Made by a program: the position numbers and the translations under genes
Shown here: positions 57,240-64,000 of the stretch, in pieces
Position numbering within the stretch: position 1 is the first letter of the stretch
How the letters are laid out: each line of letters begins with the position of its first letter
The notes under the pieces: model-generated
Told to the model about the DNA's origin: nothing
The model's database searches: none
The model's input: the letters and a program-made list of their open reading frames with translations, nothing else
NCBI GenBank assembly: GCA_038087875.1
Contig: CM075995.1
Span: 5,148,001 to 5,212,000 of the forward strand
Reading direction: 5' to 3'
Length of the DNA: 64,000 nucleotides
From: Malacoraja senta
Taxonomy: Eukaryota

Positions 57240-60200
57240 TCAAATAGAGAATGCTATTAGACAGTGTGTGAGGCAGGAGGCAGAGAAGGAAAGCACTCAG
57301 ACCCAACATGTAGGGGGGGAAAGAAGAAAACAATAATAAACAGAGAATAAGAGGTGGTGGGGTTCTTAAATGGGTGCGCAGAGAAACAGAGGGGTGTAAA
57401 ATGCGGGCGGAAGCAATAGGTAGCAAGGTGAAAGGTAAAAGTGGCAGGCAGACAAATCCAGGGCAAAAATCAAAAAGAGCCACTTTTCAACATAATTGTA
57501 TAAGGGGTAAGAGCATTGTAAAAACAAGCCTGAAGGCTTTGTGTCTCAATGCAAGGAGCATTCGTAATAAGGTGGATGAGTTGAACGTGCAGATAGCAAT
57601 TAATGATTATGATATAGTTGGGATCACGGAGACATGGCTCCAAGGTGACCAAGGCTGGGAGCTGAACATCCAGGGATATTCAATATTCAGGAGGGATAGA
57701 GAGAAAGGAAAAGGAGGTGGGGTGGCGTTGCTGGTTAGAGAGGAGATTAACGCAGTGGAAAGGAAGGACATTAGCTTGGAGGATGTGGAATCGGTATGGG
57801 TAGAGCTGCGAAACACTAAGGGGCAGAAAACGCTGGTGGGCGTTGTGTACAGGCCACCTAGCAGTAGTAGTGAAGTTGGGGATGGCATCAAACAGGAAAT
57901 TAGAAATGCGTGCAACAAAGGCAAAACAGTTATAATGGGTGACTTCAATCTACATATAGATTGGGTGAATCAAATTGGCAGGGGTGCTGAGGAAGAGGAT
58001 TTCTTGGAATGTATGAGGGATAGTTATCTAAACCAACATGTAGAGGAACCAACGAGAGAGCAGGCTATTCTAGACTGGGTATTGAGTAATGAGGAAGGGT
58101 TAGTTAGCAGACTTGTTGTGCATGCCCCCTTGGGCAAGAGTGATCATAATATGGTTGAGTTCTTCATTAGGATGGAGAGTGACATTGTTAATTCAGAAAC
58201 AACGGTTCTGAACTTAAAGAAAGGTAACTTTGAGGGTATGAGACGTGAATTGGCCAAGATTGACTGGCAATTAGTTCTAAAAGGGTTGACGGTGGATATG
58301 CAATGGAAGGCATTTAAAGACTGCATGGATGAACTACAAAAATTGTTCATCCCAGTTTGGCAAAAGAATAAATCAAGGAAGGTAGTGCATCCGTGGATAA
58401 CAAGGGAAATCAGGGATAGCATCAAAGCAAAAGATGATGCGTACAAATTAGCCAGAAAAAGCAGCATACCAGAGGACTGGGAGAAATTCAGAGACCAGCA
58501 GAGGAGGACAAAGGGCTTAATTAGGAAAGGGAAAATAGATTATGAAAGGAAACTGGCAGGGAACATAAAAACTGACTGCAAAAGTTTTTATAGATATGTG
58601 AAGAGAAAGAGATTAGTTAAATCAAATGTAGGTCCCTTGCAGTCAGAAACAGGTGAATTGATCATGGGGAACAAGGATATGGCAGACCAATTGAATAACT
58701 ACTTTGGTTCCGTCTTCACTAAGGAAGACATAAATAATCTGCCGGAAATAGCAGGGGGCCGCGGGTCAAAGGAGATGGAGGAACTGAGTGAAATCCAGGT
58801 TAGTCGGGAAGTGGTGTTGGGTAAATTGAATGGATTAAAGGCCGATAAATCACCAGGGCCAGATAGGCTGCATCCCAGAGTACTTAAGGAAGTAGCTCCA
58901 GAAATAGTGGATGCATTAGTGATAATTTTTCAAAACTCTTTAGATTCTGGAGTAGTTCCTGAGGATTGGAGGGTAGCAAACGTAACCCCACTTTTTAAGA
59001 AGGGAGGGAGAGAGAAAACGGGGAATTACAGACCAGTTAGTCTAACATCGGTAGTGGGGAAACTGCTAGAGTCAGTTATTAAAGATGGGATAGCAGCACA
59101 TTTGGAAAGTGGTGAAATCATTGGACAAAGTCAGCATGGATTTACGAAAGGTAAATCGTGTCTGACGAATCTTATAGAATTTTTCGAGGATGTAACTAGT
59201 AGAGTGGATAGGGGAGAACCAGTGGATGTGTTGTATCTGGACTTTCAGAAGGCTTTCGACAAGGTACCACATAAGAGATTAGGATACAAACTTAAATCAC
59301 ACGGTATTGGGGGTTCAGTATTGATGTGGATAGAGAACTGGCTGGCAAACAGGAAGCAAAGAGTAGGAGTAAACGGGTCCTTTTCACAATGGCAGGCAGT
59401 GACTAGTGGGGTACCACAAGGCTCAGTGCTGGGACCCCAGCTATTTACAATTTATATTAATGATCTGGACGAGGGAATTGAAAGCAACATCTCCAAGTTT
59501 GCGGATGACACTAAGCTGGGGGGCAGTGTTAGCTGTGAGGAGGATGCTAGGAGACTGCAAGGTGACTTGGATAGGCTGGGTGAGTGGGCAAATGTTTGGC
59601 AGATGCAGTATAATGTGGATAAATGTGAGGTTATCCACTTTGGTAGCAAAAACGGGAAGGCAGACTATTATCTAAATGGTGGCCGATTAGGAAATGGGGA
59701 GATGCAGCGAGACCTCGGGGTCATGGTACACCAGTCATTGAAAGTAGGCATGCAGGTGCAGCAGGCAGTGAAGAAAGCGAATGGTATGTTGGCCTTCATA
59801 GCAAGAGGATTTGAGTATAGGAGCAGGGAGGTTCTACTGCAGTTGTACAGGGTCTTGGTGAGACCACACCTGGAGTATTGCGTACAGTTTTGGTCTCCAA
59901 ATCTGAGGAAGGACATTATAGCCATAGAGGGAGTGCAGAGAAGGTTCACCAGACTGATTCCTGGGATGTCAGGACTTTCATATGAAGAAAGACTGGATAG
60001 ACTTGGCTTATACTCGCTAGAATTTAGGAGATTGAGAGGGGATCTTATAGAAACGTACAAGATTCTTATGGGGTTGGACAGGCTAGATGCAGGAAGATTG
60101 TTCCCGATGTTGGGGAAGTCCAGGACAAGGGGTCACAGCTTAAGGATAAGGGGGAAATCCTTTGGGACCGAGATGAGGAAAAACTTTTTCACACAGAGAG

Positions 60201-60436
60201 TGGTGAGTCTCTGGAACTCTCTGCCACAGAGGGTAGTTGAGGCCAGTTCATTGGCTATATTTAAGAGGGAATTAGATGTGGCCCTTGTGGCTAAAGGGAT
60301 CAGGGGGTATGGAGAGAAGGCAGGTACGGGATACTGAGTTGGATGATCAGCCATGATCGTATTGAATGGCGGTGCAGGCTCGAAGGGCCGAATGGCCTAC
60401 TCCTGCACCTAATTTCTATGTATCTATGTATCTATG
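57240..60436 (+). mobile_element. Young CR1 LINE copy (5' boundary approximate) ending in a (TATCTATG)n tail
   Basis: Intact ORF2, CR1 3' UTR and short tandem-repeat tail at about 60414-60436. Confidence 0.88.
57374..60337 (+). CDS. CR1/HER1-like LINE ORF2 (AP endonuclease + reverse transcriptase), uninterrupted 987-aa frame; true start uncertain
   Basis: CLNARS, VGITETW, MGDFN and SDH endonuclease motifs; [21 protein letters not shown] and FADD RT motifs. Confidence 0.93.
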   Translation: MRRETEGCKMRAEAIGSKVKGKSGRQTNPGQKSKRATFQHNCIRGKSIVKTSLKALCLNARSIRNKVDELNVQIAINDYDIVGITETWLQGDQGWELNIQGYSIFRRDREKGKGGGVALLVREEINAVERKDISLEDVESVWVELRNTKGQKTLVGVVYRPPSSSSEVGDGIKQEIRNACNKGKTVIMGDFNLHIDWVNQIGRGAEEEDFLECMRDSYLNQHVEEPTREQAILDWVLSNEEGLVSRLVVHAPLGKSDHNMVEFFIRMESDIVNSETTVLNLKKGNFEGMRRELAKIDWQLVLKGLTVDMQWKAFKDCMDELQKLFIPVWQKNKSRKVVHPWITREIRDSIKAKDDAYKLARKSSIPEDWEKFRDQQRRTKGLIRKGKIDYERKLAGNIKTDCKSFYRYVKRKRLVKSNVGPLQSETGELIMGNKDMADQLNNYFGSVFTKEDINNLPEIAGGRGSKEMEELSEIQVSREVVLGKLNGLKADKSPGPDRLHPRVLKEVAPEIVDALVIIFQNSLDSGVVPEDWRVANVTPLFKKGGREKTGNYRPVSLTSVVGKLLESVIKDGIAAHLESGEIIGQSQHGFTKGKSCLTNLIEFFEDVTSRVDRGEPVDVLYLDFQKAFDKVPHKRLGYKLKSHGIGGSVLMWIENWLANRKQRVGVNGSFSQWQAVTSGVPQGSVLGPQLFTIYINDLDEGIESNISKFADDTKLGGSVSCEEDARRLQGDLDRLGEWANVWQMQYNVDKCEVIHFGSKNGKADYYLNGGRLGNGEMQRDLGVMVHQSLKVGMQVQQAVKKANGMLAFIARGFEYRSREVLLQLYRVLVRPHLEYCVQFWSPNLRKDIIAIEGVQRRFTRLIPGMSGLSYEERLDRLGLYSLEFRRLRGDLIETYKILMGLDRLDAGRLFPMLGKSRTRGHSLRIRGKSFGTEMRKNFFTQRVVSLWNSLPQRVVEASSLAIFKRELDVALVAKGIRGYGEKAGTGY

Positions 60437-60576
60437 CTGGCATCGACCATGTGAGCAATGTGGCCAACGCAATAAATCTGACCAAGATATTGTTATTAGT
60501 TTATTGTCATGTGTACTGAGATACATTGGAAAGCCTTGTTTACATGCTACCCAGTCAAATAATTACATAACCCATC

Positions 60577-60839
60577 AGCGGTGCAGTGGTAGAGTTGTAG
60601 CCTTGCAGCGCCAGAGACCTGGGTTCGATCCTGACTAGGGGTGCTATATGTACGGAATTTGCACATTCTTCCTGTGACCGCATAGGCTTTCTCTGTGTGC
60701 TCTGGTTTTCTTCCACATCCCAAAGATGTACAGGTTTCTAGATTAATTTGCTTCTGTAAAATGGCCCCTAGTTTGTGATGATGGATGGTCGGCCAAAGAG
60801 TCGATTTCCACGCTGTATCTCTAAACCAAACTAAACTAA
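60577..60839 (+). mobile_element. tRNA-derived SINE (HE1-like)
   Basis: GGTGCAGTGGTAGAG...GGTTCGATCC head and (ctaaa)n tail. Confidence 0.8.
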
Positions 60840-61698
60840 GCATGAGAACAATGGGTTGGGCAAAGAGAAAAATAAACTGTGTGCAGGATCCTGATCAGCT
60901 AGGCATGTGGGCCAAGGAATGGCAAATGGAATTATAATTCAGATCTGTGCGAGGTGTTGCATTTTCGGAAGTCAAACAAGGGTAGGATCTTCACAGTGAA
61001 TGGCAGTGCCCTGTGGAGTGTTGTAGACAGGGATTACTTAGAACTTAAAACAGTATAGCACAAGAGCAGGCCCATCGGCCCACAATGACTACTGAACATG
61101 ATGACAAGACCAATAACCACAACCCTCCATTCCCTGCATATCCATATGCTAATCCCTCCATCTCTTCAATGCCACTATCGTATCTGTTTCAACCACCACC
61201 CCAGGCAGCATATTCCAGGCACTTACTGCCCTCTGTGTAAAAAAAAAAACTTGCCTGCACATCTTTAAATTTTGCCCATTTCACCTTACAGCCATGTCCT
61301 CTAGTATTTGATTTTTCAATTGTGGTAAAAAGGTTCTGACTATGTACTCTATCTAATTTCATAATCTTAAATACTTCTACCAGGTCTTTCTGCAAACTCC
61401 ACTGTTCCAGAGAAAACAATCCAAGTACATAGTTCCTAAAAGTGGTTTTGCTGGTAGATAGGATGGCAGAGAAGACTTTTCGCATGCTGGCCTTTATTAG
61501 GCAGGGATTTGAGTATCGAAGTTGGAACATTATGTTACAGTTGTACAAGTCGCTAATGAGACTGTGCTTGAGGTATTATGTTGAGTTTTGTTCACCTTGT
61601 TGTAGGAAAGCTGGAAAGAGTGAAAGAAGATGGTTACTTGCATGGTTACTAAACCCTTCAGCCCATGAAATGGACAATAAAGGTAAAGATCTTATTCC

Positions 61699-63906
61699 AG
61701 GGCTGCCAACTCTCACGCATTGAGCGTGAGACTAACGCATTTGAGGAAATTCTCACGCTCTCACGCTGATGACAGTAGTTCTCATGCTCAAAAAAATATT
61801 TTTTTTAATGTATGAATAAATAAATAAAGTCACACTCCATACTCACCAATGAGAATAGTTTTTTGTCGGCGGGTTCCCTGTAAAGAACGAGCAATTTAAT
61901 TGGCCTAAGCCCATCGCACACTATTTAAAATGGCAATGTAGACAAAAGTGCTGGAGAAACTCAGCGGGTGAAGCAGTATCTATGCCTGAGTTTGACCCTT
62001 CTTCAGACTCAACCATTTCTCCAGCGTTTTTGTCTACCGCTCTATAGATGCTGCCTCACCCGCATTCACATTCCCGGGCAGATGGTGTGGTAGGTGAGAC
62101 ACGGCGGTGGTCCCAGCACCGACCCTCCCCAAGGCACCGCTCACACCTCCCACCCTCATCTCCGGCAGCCGCTCTGTCCACACCACATGGAGGTTTAACC
62201 CCGGCCCGGTGCCAGGAGCGAACCGGGTGAGTGGGAGCGTCGGTGCCGCCTCCGGAGCCGCGGGGATGAATCTCGGGCTAAGGCTCCACTCCGATGCCCG
62301 ACCCCCGGGTCACTGACCCTCACCTCCCACACACCGCCGGGTCACTGACCCTCACCGCTTCCGTTCCCCAGCTGGACACAGAGCACCTGGGCCGGCCCGC
62401 ATTCCCGGGGAGGGGGGGGAGGGGAGGAGAGAGGGAAATGCTCCCCGGACATCGCCAAGTCTCCGCTCACTCCGGGTGTTGTCGCCGCTTCACTGACCCA
62501 CACTCTCACACACAATCTAACACACACCCTTACACACACACATTGGCACACACAAGGTTTAAAGGGATATGGGCCAAATGCAGATAAATGGGACTAGTTT
62601 AGATGGGGCATCTTGATCTGCATGAACAAGTTGGGATGAAGGGCCTGTTTGCATGCTGTAAGACTATGACACTGTAGAAAGGGTGCAATTGCTCTGGAGA
62701 GGATCCAGAGGTGATTTATGAACATATTGGCAGGGCTGGAATTTTTGTTTCACTTTGAAGAAAGATTTGATAACTGGACGTATTCTCTGCAGCAACGGAG
62801 GTGAAGAAGAGACTTAGTTGAGGTGAATAATATTATGAGAATAGGACCTGTTTCGCTTAATAAAGAGTAAGAAGGAACTGCAGGGTAGTTTAAACTGAAG
62901 ATAGATACTAATAGCTGGAATAACTCAGCAGGACAGGCAGCATTTCTGGAGAGAAAGACTAGGTGGTGTTTCGGGGAGACCTTCAGACTGGAGAGGTTAA
63001 AAACCAGCAATAAAACACAATGACTTGAGATGTGTGTTATCCAACTAAAGGCAGTAATCAGAATCATGTGTTCATCTTTATTGACGTGTCACCATAATAA
63101 ATATTACTTTAAAAAAATTAATGGGGTGGCACGGTGGCGCATCGGTAGAGTTGCTGCCTTGCAGCACCACAGACCCAGATTTGATCCTGACTACGGGTGC
63201 TGTCTGTACAATATTTGTACATTCTCCTTATGACCACATGGTTTTCTGTGGAAATTCCGGTTTCTCCCACATCTGAAAGAAGTGCAGGTTTGTAGGTTAA
63301 TTGGCTTCTGTAAATTGTCCCTGGCATGTAGGATACAACTGGTGTATGATAGATTGCGGTCGGTGTTGACTTGGTGGGCCGAAGGGCCTGTTTCCATATA
63401 TATGTTTTACATATATATCTTAATTTCATTGAACCATATACGGTAGAATATGTGGCATTATTTTCATCTTGTTTCTATAGTCAAAGGGTAAGGTTAATTG
63501 ATTTATTTGTGCAGATCAGTGATGGAAGTCTGACTCCTCCTGCCTTGTTTCCATGTTTTTGTTTATATATGCATAACATCTCTATATGTGAATTATAATC
63601 TGATTTCCATACATGAACATACTAAGGTCATTCATGTGCTGCACCTGTTGATCAGAGCCTGGCTCTACTGTGGAATGTAATTAGGAATGTAATTTAGCCT
63701 AACCTTATTCACACCTAATCCAATTTGAAGCATAAATGTTGCATCAAGTGTAAGTTAAAGGTATGCACCAGATTCCACAATTTCAAACTGAAAAATGCAA
63801 AAGCTTCCTACCGTGGGAGTGGGGACACCACACCCTCCCCCCCCCTCGGTCGCTGTACTCCCTCGTAATTTCTCACTCTCACCTCTCACCCAATGTTGCC
63901 AGCCCT
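61699..63906. mobile_element. hAT-like non-autonomous element with nested SINE/LINE insertions
   Basis: Termini AGGGCTGCCAAC / GTTGCCAGCCCT; 8-bp flanks cttattcc / tttattcc. Confidence 0.6.
63124..63398 (+). mobile_element. tRNA-derived SINE (HE1/V-SINE-like)
   Basis: A/B-box head GGTGGCGCATCGGTAGAG...GATTTGATCC, conserved core and CR1-like 3' end. Confidence 0.8.
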
Positions 63907-64000
63907 TTTATTCCTCCATGCCAAATGCAAGGAGTTAACGTACTGTAAATGTTTTACGGAGGAGAGGAGTCTCTGTCTCATCTAGGTACGTCCAGAAATA

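Noticed and set aside
63124..63200. tRNA gene
   Set aside because: The A/B boxes belong to the head of a multi-copy SINE; there is no complete cloverleaf.
50900..64000. Exons of a downstream neighbouring gene (AOAH lies next to ANLN in human)
   Set aside because: No translation resembling a known protein with proper splice sites was found; the short ORF at 56976-57191 is unsupported.

Overview
Eukaryotic (vertebrate) genomic DNA, most likely a cartilaginous fish such as a skate or ray; this is inferred from HE1-like SINEs and dense CR1/HER1-like LINEs. The window holds the 3' two-thirds of an anillin (ANLN) gene on the + strand: 17 GT-AG exons from 4846 to the stop at 49533, including a tandemly duplicated 138-nt exon. 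The introns and downstream flank are full of transposable elements. These include a full-length CsRn1-type Gypsy LTR retrotransposon (11328-15857) with a -1 frameshift signal, and a young non-autonomous chimeric endogenous retrovirus (37415-43002, minus strand) that carries a LINE RT fragment. There is also an uninterrupted CR1 ORF2 (57374-60337), nested CR1 fragments, Helitron-, hAT- and Harbinger-like non-autonomous elements, and a dispersed family of short, often palindromic Penelope-type repeats carrying hammerhead-ribozyme-like cores. All assignments come from reading the sequence by eye; no database search was run.
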